Source: an uncultured bacterium
GTDB taxonomy: Bacteria > Planctomycetota > UBA1135 > UBA2386
Reading direction: 5' to 3'
Assembly (NCBI GenBank): GCA_937952215.1
Contig: CALFZH010000060.1
Location: 194,464-258,463, forward strand
DNA: 64,000 bases
The notes below the pieces were generated by a model. That model was not told the origin of the DNA and ran no database searches. It saw nothing but the letters and a program-made list of their open reading frames with translations. The translations under genes were made by a program, and so were the position numbers. How positions within the stretch are numbered: position 1 is the first letter of the stretch; each line of letters starts with the position of its first letter. Shown in pieces: positions 9,323 to 19,126 of this stretch.

Positions 9323-9778
9323 CTACGCCGACGGCGCCAGCGCCGACTGCAGTCGCGGGCGCAGTTCGCCGTGCTCGGTGGCCAGTACCTGGTCGCACAT
9401 GGGATAGAGGACCTGCTCTTCCTTCATATTGTGCTGCTGGATCAGCACCATCAGCGTGTCCGAGAGGTCCAGACAACGTGGGGAGTTCTTGGCGCGCACG
9501 GCCTCGGCCAGGGTATCGAGCAGACCGCGCATCTGGTCGTGTTCCATGCGCATCACCATGGTCGGACCACCGCGTTGGCCGGTTGCGCGTTCGAAGGCGG
9601 GGAACAGCACCTGCTCCTCGGCGAGCAGATGCGCCCGCACCGTTGCTGTGAACGTGTCGAGGGCATCGGTGGCCTCGGACCAACGTCCGTCCTGGGCTGC
9701 GGCCTCGAGAGCCGCCAGGTGCTCGTCGCAGCGCCGGTGATCGGCCGTCATGATTGCAGTCAGGGTCGGGTCGTGCAT
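9323..9778 (-). CDS. hemerythrin-like (HHE cation-binding) domain protein
   Basis: From ORF 9323..9868. DHRRCDEHL...HLLAEEQVLFPAFE...MEHDQMRGLL...HNMKEEQVLYP are typical H/E metal-ligand helices. The start is ambiguous, either 9868 or the MHDPTL ATG at 9778. Confidence 0.7.
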   Translation of the reverse strand: MHDPTLTAIMTADHRRCDEHLAALEAAAQDGRWSEATDALDTFTATVRAHLLAEEQVLFPAFERATGQRGGPTMVMRMEHDQMRGLLDTLAEAVRAKNSPRCLDLSDTLMVLIQQHNMKEEQVLYPMCDQVLATEHGELRPRLQSALAPSA

Positions 9779-9890
9779 GGGGTCGCTCGGCGGTGGCGTC
9801 GCGATGGCTCGGGCGCGCGGTCGGGCCCCGAGGGCGCGTGCGCCTCCGGAGCAACGTCGGCGCGACATCGGGATTGCACCGCGGTTCCGA

Positions 9891-10904
9891 CTATGGACGT
9901 GGCGGCACCGTGGCCGCGACTCCCGCGTGGCGCCGGCGCATCATCGCACGGGCGCGTGCCGCCTCGGCGGCTTCCCCGGTCGGCAGCAGACCGAGCAGGT
10001 GCAACGCCAGTTCGCGCATGCTGCAGCGGGCGTAGAGGACGTGCAGCGGGACGTCGTGTCCGAGCGTCGAGCGCACTTCCGCGAGCAGGTGGATCGCCTT
10101 CAGCGACGTGCCGCCGGCGTCGAAGAACCGGTCGGTGGCGGTGGCGCGGGATTCGCCGAGCACGCGGTGCAGGATCGCCATCAGGCGAGACTCCAACTCG
10201 GGGACCGCGTGACGGGCGGTGTCGTCGGTCGTCGCCGCGATCGGTTCCGCTGCATGCCGGTCCGGCTCGGCAGCGGTCTGCAGCACCTGGCCCGGTACGC
10301 CGACGATCGTCGCGCCGGCGGGAACGTCGGTGGCTACCAGCGTATTGGCGCCGACCGTGGCTCCGGCACCGATGCGCAGGTCGGGCAGCACCGATGCGTT
10401 GGACCCGACGTAGACCTCGTCCTCGATGGTGACGCGCGCGTTCAACACGGCGCCGGCCGCGATCACGCTGCCAGTGCCGACGCTGGCGCCGTGGCCGACC
10501 ACCGCGCCCATGAACACGACCACGCCATCGGCGAGGCTCGTCTCGGGGGACAGGATTGCCTGCATGTAGACGAGCACGCCCTGGCCGAGCACGCAGTACC
10601 GGGCGTCGACGCCGGGGTGCACGAGCGTCGCGAACGGCACGCCGCTGGCCGCGATGCGCCGGTGCACGGCGGCTCGTCCGGCGGTCTTGCGTGCGACGAG
10701 GTTGACGGCGGAGGAGTCGGCGGGCGCCTCGGCCAGCAATCGCAGTGGACCGACGATCGGAATGCCGAGCAGGGCAGTGCCATGCTTTGTCGGGTCGTCG
10801 TCGAGCAACACGATGCGATCCCACTGGCGTCGCGCTTCATTGCACTCGAGTGCCAGGCGCACGCCCTCGGAGTTGCCGGCCCCGCACAGGTAGAGCGTGC
10901 TCAT
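9891..10904 (-). CDS. NeuD/PglB-type hexapeptide-repeat acyltransferase fused to a C-terminal carrier-protein (PP-binding) domain
   Basis: An internal ATG at 10904 of ORF 9891..11756 overlaps the radical SAM stop. The N-terminus MSTLYLCGAGNSEGVRLALEC is NeuD Rossmann-like. LbH repeats follow (GVVVFMGAVVGHGASVGTGSVIAAGAVLNARVTIEDEVYVGSNASV). The C-terminus carries DRFFDAGGTSLKAIHLLAEV, the phosphopantetheine attachment motif. Confidence 0.7.
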   Translation of the reverse strand: MSTLYLCGAGNSEGVRLALECNEARRQWDRIVLLDDDPTKHGTALLGIPIVGPLRLLAEAPADSSAVNLVARKTAGRAAVHRRIAASGVPFATLVHPGVDARYCVLGQGVLVYMQAILSPETSLADGVVVFMGAVVGHGASVGTGSVIAAGAVLNARVTIEDEVYVGSNASVLPDLRIGAGATVGANTLVATDVPAGATIVGVPGQVLQTAAEPDRHAAEPIAATTDDTARHAVPELESRLMAILHRVLGESRATATDRFFDAGGTSLKAIHLLAEVRSTLGHDVPLHVLYARCSMRELALHLLGLLPTGEAAEAARARAMMRRRHAGVAATVPPRP

Positions 10905-11836
10905 GGCTGGCCAGGGGCGTCGGGAACGGCCGGCCGGATGCGCTCGGCGCTGCCGACCATCCAGTCGCGGCACGTGTGGCAGCGCTTGGGCAGTTCGCGG
11001 AAACGGTGCTGCAGGTGGAGCTCGCGGTAGGCGCCGAGCCGCGCCCACAGGTCGGTGAGCGATTCGTGCCAGGCGTTGCCGACGCCCTCCTCGCCCTCGG
11101 TGTCGCCGGGGCAGCGCGGCACGCGCCCATCCCAGAACACGTGCATCATCGTCACTGCCCACGGGCAGGCGATGCGTTCTTCGTCCGGCACACACAAGGA
11201 CGTGCCAAAGCGCCCGCCCCAACTCAGCATGTGCCGCGCCTTGACGGTGGCGCCGCGCGCATGCCAGTGCGCGCGGAAGGGCTCGAGTTCGCCTTCGTTC
11301 TCCGCCATCGAGATGAACTGCACCATGATCTCGGGGCCCGTGGTGCGCTGCTGTCGCGCCCGCAGCAGGTATTCCACGTTGCCGTAGACCACGTCGCGTT
11401 GCCCGCCGATGCGGATCTTCTCGTAGGTCTCGGGGCGGAAGGCGTCGAGCCCGATGACGAACTGGCTCAGCCCGGCGTCCAGCAGGGCATCGGCGATCGC
11501 GGGCGTCAGCAACATGCCGTTGGTGTTGAGGCACTGGGCCCGCAGCCCGACGGAGCGGCCGTAGGCGAGGCAGCGCAACAGCAGCTCGGGCTGCAGCAGC
11601 GGTTCGCCGCAGAACGAGAACCACACCTGCGTCTCGGGCGCCACCGCCGCCACTTCGTCGGCGCACTTCTGCCAGAGTGCGAACGGCAGCACGCCCTTGG
11701 GCCGCTGCATGGCCGGGTGGTGGCACATCGAGCAGCGCAGGTTGCAGTCGGCGCACAACTCGACCGCAAAGCGCGACGGGAAGGTGATCGGGCGCAAAGT
11801 GCGCTCGACACCAGGCAGATTGGGTTGCGAGAGCAT
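10901..11836 (-). CDS. radical SAM protein with Cys-rich C-terminal (SPASM/twitch-like) region
   Basis: An internal ATG at 11836 of ORF 10901..11971. CADCNLRCSMC is the CxxxCxxC motif. The C-terminus has CPWAV...RCPGD...CHTCRDW. Confidence 0.75.
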   Translation of the reverse strand: MLSQPNLPGVERTLRPITFPSRFAVELCADCNLRCSMCHHPAMQRPKGVLPFALWQKCADEVAAVAPETQVWFSFCGEPLLQPELLLRCLAYGRSVGLRAQCLNTNGMLLTPAIADALLDAGLSQFVIGLDAFRPETYEKIRIGGQRDVVYGNVEYLLRARQQRTTGPEIMVQFISMAENEGELEPFRAHWHARGATVKARHMLSWGGRFGTSLCVPDEERIACPWAVTMMHVFWDGRVPRCPGDTEGEEGVGNAWHESLTDLWARLGAYRELHLQHRFRELPKRCHTCRDWMVGSAERIRPAVPDAPGQP

Positions 11837-12219
11837 CGGGAAATTCCTGGAGAACGGGTCTCCGCCACGTGACTCATCGCGGGGGCGCCGGCCGGAATTG
11901 CACGTCTGCCATGATTGCAGGAAATTTTCGAGACACGCATCGGGTTGCACCAAAGCCACGCATTTGCCCAATCACCCATGCGGCCGATCGCTCGCGTCCG
12001 TCCGGCCAATAGCGACACCGACCCGAATTCGCCGGGTGTCGAAACGGGACGGATCGTTGGCCGGTCCTGGCTCGCGTGCGCGGCGGGATTCGCTGCTGGC
12101 AGGTCGCCGGGCGAGCCGACGGGCTCCGCGAGCGACGCCGTGCTGGCGTGGAGTCCATCGCATCGCGTGGCCAAGACGAACCGGTCGGGGCGCAATCACC
12201 ATCGCGCCGTGACACCGCC

Positions 12220-14475
12220 ATGAAACACGCCTTCGACCCGCTGCTGCCCTTCTGGTGCGTGTTGCTGCTCGCTGCCGCCGCGTGGGCCCAGGTGCCGCGG
12301 CCACCGGCGGCGCTGTATGCGGCCAGCTGCGCTACGTGCCACGGTCAAGATGGGCTCGGTGGCCACCCATCCTGGGTCGAACCGACGCGTGGGGCGCCGC
12401 GCATCGCCTATGGCTTCGCCGCGCCGAACCCCTACTTGGAGAACCTCTTCAAGTTCACGGTCCGGAACGGCAGCTGGTACGGAGCTGGCTTCATGCCGGC
12501 GATGCCGGCGTTCGGCCGCGAGATCCTGAGCGACCAGGAGATGGACGCGCTCGTGCGCTGGCTGCTCTACGCTCCCCCGGTGGGCGGGGCCAACATGCAG
12601 ACCGGCGTGCCGCCGCCGCCGCCGCCCGCGGGCCGCGAGATCGTGCTGGAGATCCTCGACGAGGCGCCCTGGTTCCGCGACGACGGCACCGACCTGGCGG
12701 ACCCGTTCGGCGACCGCCGGCGCGTCGTGCTTGCGCCTGGCGAGTACGTGAAGGTCGTCAACCGCGGCAAGACCTGGCACACGGTCAGCAACCCGGCACT
12801 CGGCGTCGACACCGGCTTCCTCGGTTGGGCGGACAACATCCAGGGCCAGGCAACCGGGTACTGCTACATCGATCCTGCATCGTTGCCGCCCGGCGCCAAC
12901 AAGTACTGGTGCAGCCTGCATCCCTACATGCAGTGCGAGATCGTCAGTCCCGGTGGCGCGGTTGCCGGGCTCACGCGTGTCAGCCGCCGGAGCATCCCCA
13001 GGCCTGGCGTGGCCGGCGTCGGCGAAGTCTGGGTCGGCCTGCAGACGAGGAAGAACCCCGGCGGCCCCGACGGCGCCGTCGAAGTCATCGATGCGGCGAC
13101 CTGGACGACGACCTTGATTCCCGGCGTCGGCAACAACCCGCACAATGGCTGGATCGGTCGTGCGCACGATGGCACAGCGGTGCGCCAGATCGCGGTGTTC
13201 GCGAATTGGCACGACGTCACCGGCACCGTGATCGACGCCGTGACCAAGACCGTGATCGGCAACGTGCCGCTCGGTGCCGCCAACGCGCACGTCATGACGT
13301 CGCCGGGGCTCTCCTATTCGTCGGGGGCGAACCGCTGGTTCGTCACCGTGATGGGCAGCAACAAGGTCGCCGAGATCGATCCGTTCACCGACCTGGCGTT
13401 CGGTCGGGCGACGCTGCCGGCGATGTCGCAAAGCGACGGATCGAACGGCCGGCCTGCGTTCTCTCCGCACGGCCTGTGGTTCCTCGACAACGGCAGCCAC
13501 TTCGTCACCGCCAACACCTACCCTGGGTCGTGTTCGCTGTGGTCGCTGACCCGACCGTGGTCGGATGCCGCAGGCAGGACCGGCATCGGGTGCGAGGTCG
13601 CCAGCAGCGGCACCGGCGGCTCGGCGCCGTTGGCGGCGTCGGTCTTCGGGTCGGTCGCGGGCCCCGGGCAGCCGTTCATCGTCTACACGAACAACGCCGG
13701 CACCCACGACATCAGCGTGTTCCGCGCCGACGCCACGCCCGGCGCCGAGTCGCTCACCAAGGTCGCCGTGCCGGCACCGCTCGGCAACGCCGCCGGCAAC
13801 CTCGCCTTGACCGACATGATGGCGATGCCGGTGCGTTGGGCGCACATGCCGATCCAGTGCGCGGTCAGCCCGCGCAACGGCAACGCGCACCGCCGCTTCA
13901 TGGTCGTCTGCAACAAGGCTTCCATGAACGTCAGCATCGCCGCGCTCGACGCCGGCGGCATGCCGACCGGCATCTACACGTTCCCGGCCGGGCTCGGCTG
14001 CCACGGCGTGACGTTCGGCCTGAAGAAGATGCCTCCCACGGCGCCGGGTCAGTTTCCACGCATCGCCTACCTCGCCTACGTGACCAACACGTTCGAGGAC
14101 TACGTCAGCGTCTACGACCTCGAACTGCTCGAGCAGCTGCTGTTGCTCGATGCCATCGGTCAGGCGCCCGCTGCATTCCAACCCGGTGGCGCCCAAGAGA
14201 CCGTGCTCGTCTCGGGCCATGCGCCGCTGACGTTGCTCGGCGTGCGTGCGATCGTGGTACCGTTGACGCTGTTCAGTCCCGATGCGCGTGGCCTCGTGCA
14301 CGTCGGCGACGTGCCGCTCACCCCGCCCGTGGTCCCGGGCCCGTGGGCCTACTTGCACGAGCATGTCTGGATCGATGTGCCTGGCTTCGGCATGACGCCG
14401 CTGGCGATGGAACTCGGTACGGGCACTGGTGCCATGGGCATCGTCGCGACGCCTCTACCGCCGCCCTGGCGGTGA
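12220..14475 (+). CDS. secreted tri-domain redox protein: class I cytochrome c, cupredoxin (amicyanin-like type 1 Cu site), and YVTN-type beta-propeller
   Basis: ATG at 12220 of ORF 12076..14475, with signal peptide LLLAAAAWAQ. CATCH at aa 37-41 and FMPAMPAF form the heme c site with its Met ligand. WHTV (His187) plus C231-S-L-H-P-Y-M237 match the amicyanin C-T-P-H-P-F-M copper site. The C-terminal ~470 aa has propeller-like repeats including AYVTNTFEDYVSVYD. Confidence 0.7.
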   Translation: MKHAFDPLLPFWCVLLLAAAAWAQVPRPPAALYAASCATCHGQDGLGGHPSWVEPTRGAPRIAYGFAAPNPYLENLFKFTVRNGSWYGAGFMPAMPAFGREILSDQEMDALVRWLLYAPPVGGANMQTGVPPPPPPAGREIVLEILDEAPWFRDDGTDLADPFGDRRRVVLAPGEYVKVVNRGKTWHTVSNPALGVDTGFLGWADNIQGQATGYCYIDPASLPPGANKYWCSLHPYMQCEIVSPGGAVAGLTRVSRRSIPRPGVAGVGEVWVGLQTRKNPGGPDGAVEVIDAATWTTTLIPGVGNNPHNGWIGRAHDGTAVRQIAVFANWHDVTGTVIDAVTKTVIGNVPLGAANAHVMTSPGLSYSSGANRWFVTVMGSNKVAEIDPFTDLAFGRATLPAMSQSDGSNGRPAFSPHGLWFLDNGSHFVTANTYPGSCSLWSLTRPWSDAAGRTGIGCEVASSGTGGSAPLAASVFGSVAGPGQPFIVYTNNAGTHDISVFRADATPGAESLTKVAVPAPLGNAAGNLALTDMMAMPVRWAHMPIQCAVSPRNGNAHRRFMVVCNKASMNVSIAALDAGGMPTGIYTFPAGLGCHGVTFGLKKMPPTAPGQFPRIAYLAYVTNTFEDYVSVYDLELLEQLLLLDAIGQAPAAFQPGGAQETVLVSGHAPLTLLGVRAIVVPLTLFSPDARGLVHVGDVPLTPPVVPGPWAYLHEHVWIDVPGFGMTPLAMELGTGTGAMGIVATPLPPPWR

Positions 14476-14478
14476 GTC

Positions 14479-15501
14479 GTGCCGCCCGGAGACGCGGCGT
14501 GTGCGCTGTGCGGCGGCGCGATGCGTCGCTGGTTGCAGGTTCCGTGTGATTGGCGGCGGCCCGGTCTGGCCGGCGCATGGAATCTGTGGTGGTGCGATGC
14601 CTGCGCCTTCGGCCAGGTCTGGCCGCGGCCGGCGCCGAGCGAGATCCCGGCCTTCTATGACCTGCGGCGGTACTACACGCATTCGACCGCCGAAACCGGT
14701 CGCGTCGAGGCGAGGCCGGGTTGGTCGGCGCGGCTGCTGATGGCGCTCGCCTGGCGGGCGGACCGGGGGGCGGAACCCGATGACAGCTGGTGGCACCAGC
14801 TGCCGCCGGTGGGGGCGCGGACGGCGTTGGAGATCGGTTGTGGTTCGGGTCAGAACCTGAAGCTGCTGGCGGCGCAAGGGCTCGAGGTCGTGGGCGTGGA
14901 ACCCGACGTTGCCGCCTGCGCGGCGGCGCGCGGGCGTGGCCTGCAGGTGTGGGCCGGTGTGGCCGAAGCGCTCCCCGCTCCGATTGTCGCGCGGCACTTC
15001 GACCTCGTGCTGCTCGCGCACGTGCTCGAACACTGCCTCGATCCGGCCGGTGCTCTGGGGCAGGCGGCGGCGCGCGTGGCGCCCGGCGGGCGCCTCGTCG
15101 TCGAAGTGCCGAACAGTGCGTGTGCGGGCCTGGCCTCGGCAGGGGCGGCCTGGCATTGGCTCGACGTGCCGCGGCATCTCAACTTCTTCACCCGCGCCAG
15201 CCTCGAGGCGCTGGTGCGGCGCATCGGCCTGGTCGTGGAGCGCGTGGAGTGGTGGGGCTATGCACGCCAGTTCCATCCCGAGTGGATCGCGACCGAGGCC
15301 GAGGCCGAGGCGGTGTTCGCCGGCCTGGCAGCGGCGGATGCCGGGCGGGTGGCGCGGCACCGGCGGCGCGCCTGGCGCCTGCTGGCGCGCACGCTGTTTG
15401 CTCACGCCGCGCGGCGCTACGACTCGCTGCGGCTGATCCTGCGCGCGGGCCAGCGTGCTGCCGTGGGGTCGGTGATGCGGCGACTTTCGACTCGCGACTG
15501 A
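14479..15501 (+). CDS. class I SAM-dependent methyltransferase with N-terminal Cys4 zinc-ribbon
   Basis: GTG start 4 nt after the upstream stop. It has CALCGG...CDAC and LEIGCGSGQNL (motif I), then GGRLVVEVPN. Confidence 0.7.
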   Translation: MPPGDAACALCGGAMRRWLQVPCDWRRPGLAGAWNLWWCDACAFGQVWPRPAPSEIPAFYDLRRYYTHSTAETGRVEARPGWSARLLMALAWRADRGAEPDDSWWHQLPPVGARTALEIGCGSGQNLKLLAAQGLEVVGVEPDVAACAAARGRGLQVWAGVAEALPAPIVARHFDLVLLAHVLEHCLDPAGALGQAAARVAPGGRLVVEVPNSACAGLASAGAAWHWLDVPRHLNFFTRASLEALVRRIGLVVERVEWWGYARQFHPEWIATEAEAEAVFAGLAAADAGRVARHRRRAWRLLARTLFAHAARRYDSLRLILRAGQRAAVGSVMRRLSTRD

Positions 15502-15593
15502 AAACCCGGTCGTGAGCCGGCGTTGCTCGGCGTGACGGTGGTGGTCCGCCCTCGGGCCGGGCTGCGCATCCGTGACTCGCTGGAGCGCCCTGC

Positions 15594-18500
15594 ATGAGCC
15601 ACCTCGCGCCTTCGGGTTCGTCTTCGTCCGCCCTGGATCGTCGCGGGTTCCTCGCCTTGATGATGACCGCCGGCGCTGGCTCGACCACGCTGGCGCAGTC
15701 CGCGGCGACGATGTCCGGCTTGCTCGATCCGGTGCAGATCGACAATCCGCTGGCGAAGTACCCCAATCGCGGGTGGGAGAAGGTCTACCGCGACCTCTAC
15801 CACTTCGACTCCAAGTTCACGTTCCTGTGCGCGCCGAACGACACGCACAACTGCCTGCTGCACGGGTTCGTCAAGAACGGCGTCGTGACGCGGATCGCGC
15901 CCACCTACGCGTTCCACGAAGCCAAGGACCTCGATGGCACACCGGCCAGCCGCCGCTGGGAACCGCGCTGCTGCCAGAAGGGGCTGTCGCTGGTGCGTCG
16001 GTTCTACGGCGATCGCCGGGTCCGTGGACCGATGGTGCGGCAGGGTTTCCTGCAGTGGGCGAAGGCCGGGTTCCCGCGCGATGGGACCACCGGCGCCGTC
16101 GACCCGAAGTACCTGAATCGCGGGCGTGAACCGTTCGTGAAGGTGAGCTGGGACGAGGCCAACGAACTGACCGCGCGCGTGCTGCTCGACATCGCGACCA
16201 CGTACTCCGGCGAGCAAGGGCAGCAGCGACTGCGGGCGCAGGGCTACGACGACGCGATGGTCGAGGCGACCAAGGGTGCCGGCACGCAGGTGCTGAAGAT
16301 GCGCGGCGGCATGCCTGCGCTCGGCTTCACGCGCATCATGGGGCTCTACCGCTTCGCCAACCAACTGGCGCTGCTCGACGAGAAGATCCGCAAGGTCGAC
16401 GCCGACCATGCGATGGGGAGCCGGTGTTGGGACAGCTACGCGTGGCACACCGACCTGCCGCCGGGCCACCCGATGGTGACCGGCCACCAGACCAACGACT
16501 TCGATCTGTGCAACGTCGAGCACGCGAAGCTGGTGCTGGTGTGGGGCATGAACTGGATCACGACCAAGATGCCCGACAGCCACTGGCTGACCGAGGCGCG
16601 GATGAAGGGCACTCGCGTCGTGGTCATCGCCTGCGAGTACAGCGCCACCGCGAGCAAGGGCGACGACGTGCTGATCGTGCGCCCCGGCACGACGCCGGCA
16701 CTGGCGCTCGGGTTCGCCCAGGTGATCCTCGCCGAGAAGCTCTACGACGAGCAGTTCGTGCGGCGCTTCACCGACCTGCCGCTGCTGGTGCGGCTGGACA
16801 CCGGCGAGAGGCTGCGCGCCGCCGACGTGTTCCCGGGCTACCAGAACGCCGAGCTGAAGAACCACATCGAGGTGCTGGCCGCGGGCGCGAAGCCGCCGAA
16901 AGCGCACCTGCAGGATCGGGAGTACGTCACGGCCGAGCAGCGTGCGGCCTGGGGCGACGCCGTGGGTTGGGACGCGGCGAAGAAGCAACCGGTCGCGATC
17001 ACCCGCGACATGATCGGCGTGCACGCCGATGCGCTGCCCGACGGCCTCGGGCTCGAGGTCGACGTCGAGGTGACGCTGGCCGATGGCAAGACGGTGCGCT
17101 GCCAGAGCGTGTTCACCGCCACGAAGCAACTGCTCGACGACAGCTACACGCCCGCGCAGGTGTCGAAGCTGACCTGGGCGCCCGAGGACGCGATTCGCGA
17201 AGTGGCGCGCGCGATCGCTGCGAGCCGCGGCGAGACCCTGTTCGCGATGGGCATGGGGCCGAACCAGTTCTTCAACAACGACCTCAAGGACCGCGCCGTG
17301 TTCCTGGTCGCGGCGCTGACGGGCAGCGTCGGGCGCATCGGCGGCAACGTCGGCAGCTTCGCCGGCAACTACCGCTCGGCGTGGGCGTCCGGCATCCCGA
17401 CGTTCACCACCGAGAACCCGTTCGACATCGAACTCGACCCCGCCAAGGCGCCGCGCACCCGCGTGTTCTACAAGGGCGAGAGCGCCCACTTCTGGAACAA
17501 CGGCGATCGCCCGCTGCGCTACGGCAAGGCCCTGCTCACCGGCAAGTCCCACGTGCCGACGCCGACCAAGTGCGTCGTGGTGAGCAACGGCAACTCGCTG
17601 ATCGGCAACGCCAAGTGGCACTACGACCTCGTCGTCAACACCCTGCCGAAGACCGAGTTCATCGGCGTCGCCGATTGGTGGTGGACGGGATCGTGCGAGT
17701 ACGCGGACATCGTGTACGCGGTGGACTCGTGGGCCGAGATGAAGGTGCCGGATGTCACGATCTCGGTGACCAATCCGTTCCTCTACACCTATCCGCCGAC
17801 GCCGTTGCCGCGCATCCACGATTCGCGGCACGACGCCGAGGTCATCGCCGGCATCGCCTCGGCGCTGGCGAAGCTGACGGGCGACCAGCGCCACGTCGAC
17901 ATGTGGCGGTTCGTGCCGGACGGCGGCATGCGGCCGTATCTGCAGCGCATCCTCGACCACTCGGCGGACATGCGCGGCTTCCGGATCGAGAATCTCGAGG
18001 CGGATGCGCGGCGCGGCGTGCCGGCGTTGGTGCAGACGCGCACGTATCCGGTGTGGAGTTCGTACGAATCCGTGCACGACAGCGTGCCGTGGTTCACCAA
18101 GACCGGCCGCCTCGAGTTCTACCGCGAGGAACGCGAGTTCCGCGACGCTGGCGAGAACCTGGTGATCCACCGCGAGCCGATCGACGCGACGTTCCACGAG
18201 CCGGCGGTGCTGATCGCCGACAAGCCGTCGCCGTTGCTGCGGCCGAAGACGCCGCAGGACTACGGCGCCGACGCGGCGGACCTGAGCCCCGACGCCCGCA
18301 TGGGGCGCACCGTGGTCCGCACGGTCGATGAACTGATCGCGAGCAAGCACCCGCTGGCGAAGGACGGGTTCCGGTTCATCTTCCACACGCCGAAGTACCG
18401 CCACGGCGCCCACACCACGCCGGTCGATCTCGACATCCTGGCCGCCTGGTTCGGGCCGTTCGGCGACGCGCGTCGCCACGACAAACGCTCGCCGTTCGTC

Positions 18501-19091
18501 GGCGAGGGCTACGTCGACATCAACCCGCTCGACGCCAAGGAACTCGGCATCGAGGACGGCGACTACGTGTGGATCGACGCCGATCCGACCGATCGGCCGT
18601 ATCGCGGCGCCAAACAGAACTCCGAACCGATGGGGTTCTCGCGGCTGATGAGCCGAGCGCGCTACTACCCAGGCACGCCGCGGGGCATCACGCGCATGTG
18701 GTACAACATGTATGGCGCGTCGTGGGGCAGCGTGCAGGGCCAGAAGACGCGGCCCGACGGGCTCGCCAAGTCGCCGCTCACCGGCTACCAGGGCATGTAT
18801 CGCTGCGGCAGCCACCAGAGCGCGACGCGCGCCTGGCTCAAGCCGACCTGGCTCACCGACTCGCTGGTCGCCAAGAACATGTTCGGCCGCCAGATCGGCC
18901 AGGGCTTCCAGCTCGACATCCATGGCGCCACCGGTGCCCCGCGCGAATCGTTCGTGCGCATCGCCAAGGCCGAGCACGGCGGTCTGGGCGGCAAGGGGCT
19001 GTGGCGTGGTGCTGCGCTGGGACTGCGTCCCACCTACGCCACCGAAGCGATGCAGAAGCACATCGACGGCGCCTACGTGAAGAAGGCCTGA
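15594..19091 (+). CDS. type II DMSO-reductase-family molybdopterin oxidoreductase, alpha subunit (Nar/Nxr-like), Tat-exported
   Basis: 1165 aa with twin-arginine signal [18 protein letters not shown]. The N-terminal FS0 motif C79-APN-D83-THN-C87...EPRCC aligns to NarG H-x3-C-x3-C...[18 protein letters not shown] aligns to NarG TRTPDAHFFTE, the Asp Mo ligand. Confidence 0.85.
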   Translation: MSHLAPSGSSSSALDRRGFLALMMTAGAGSTTLAQSAATMSGLLDPVQIDNPLAKYPNRGWEKVYRDLYHFDSKFTFLCAPNDTHNCLLHGFVKNGVVTRIAPTYAFHEAKDLDGTPASRRWEPRCCQKGLSLVRRFYGDRRVRGPMVRQGFLQWAKAGFPRDGTTGAVDPKYLNRGREPFVKVSWDEANELTARVLLDIATTYSGEQGQQRLRAQGYDDAMVEATKGAGTQVLKMRGGMPALGFTRIMGLYRFANQLALLDEKIRKVDADHAMGSRCWDSYAWHTDLPPGHPMVTGHQTNDFDLCNVEHAKLVLVWGMNWITTKMPDSHWLTEARMKGTRVVVIACEYSATASKGDDVLIVRPGTTPALALGFAQVILAEKLYDEQFVRRFTDLPLLVRLDTGERLRAADVFPGYQNAELKNHIEVLAAGAKPPKAHLQDREYVTAEQRAAWGDAVGWDAAKKQPVAITRDMIGVHADALPDGLGLEVDVEVTLADGKTVRCQSVFTATKQLLDDSYTPAQVSKLTWAPEDAIREVARAIAASRGETLFAMGMGPNQFFNNDLKDRAVFLVAALTGSVGRIGGNVGSFAGNYRSAWASGIPTFTTENPFDIELDPAKAPRTRVFYKGESAHFWNNGDRPLRYGKALLTGKSHVPTPTKCVVVSNGNSLIGNAKWHYDLVVNTLPKTEFIGVADWWWTGSCEYADIVYAVDSWAEMKVPDVTISVTNPFLYTYPPTPLPRIHDSRHDAEVIAGIASALAKLTGDQRHVDMWRFVPDGGMRPYLQRILDHSADMRGFRIENLEADARRGVPALVQTRTYPVWSSYESVHDSVPWFTKTGRLEFYREEREFRDAGENLVIHREPIDATFHEPAVLIADKPSPLLRPKTPQDYGADAADLSPDARMGRTVVRTVDELIASKHPLAKDGFRFIFHTPKYRHGAHTTPVDLDILAAWFGPFGDARRHDKRSPFVGEGYVDINPLDAKELGIEDGDYVWIDADPTDRPYRGAKQNSEPMGFSRLMSRARYYPGTPRGITRMWYNMYGASWGSVQGQKTRPDGLAKSPLTGYQGMYRCGSHQSATRAWLKPTWLTDSLVAKNMFGRQIGQGFQLDIHGATGAPRESFVRIAKAEHGGLGGKGLWRGAALGLRPTYATEAMQKHIDGAYVKKA

Positions 19092-19126
19092 TCCCACCTC
19101 TCCAACGACAGCACAGGACCACGACC

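Noticed and set aside
10905-11756. The N-terminal 284-aa extension of the NeuD-ACP ORF (track ORF 9891..11756).
   Set aside because: It overlaps the radical SAM gene in another frame. NeuD-like homology starts at MSTLYLCGAG, with an ATGA overlap to the radical SAM stop.
15417-19097. A 1226-aa minus-strand ORF, the longest in the track.
   Set aside because: It is exactly antisense to the molybdopterin alpha subunit. Its composition is Arg/Ala/Gly/Val-rich with no motifs, making it a typical high-GC shadow ORF. The plus-strand product has unambiguous Tat, FeS and Mo-ligand motifs.
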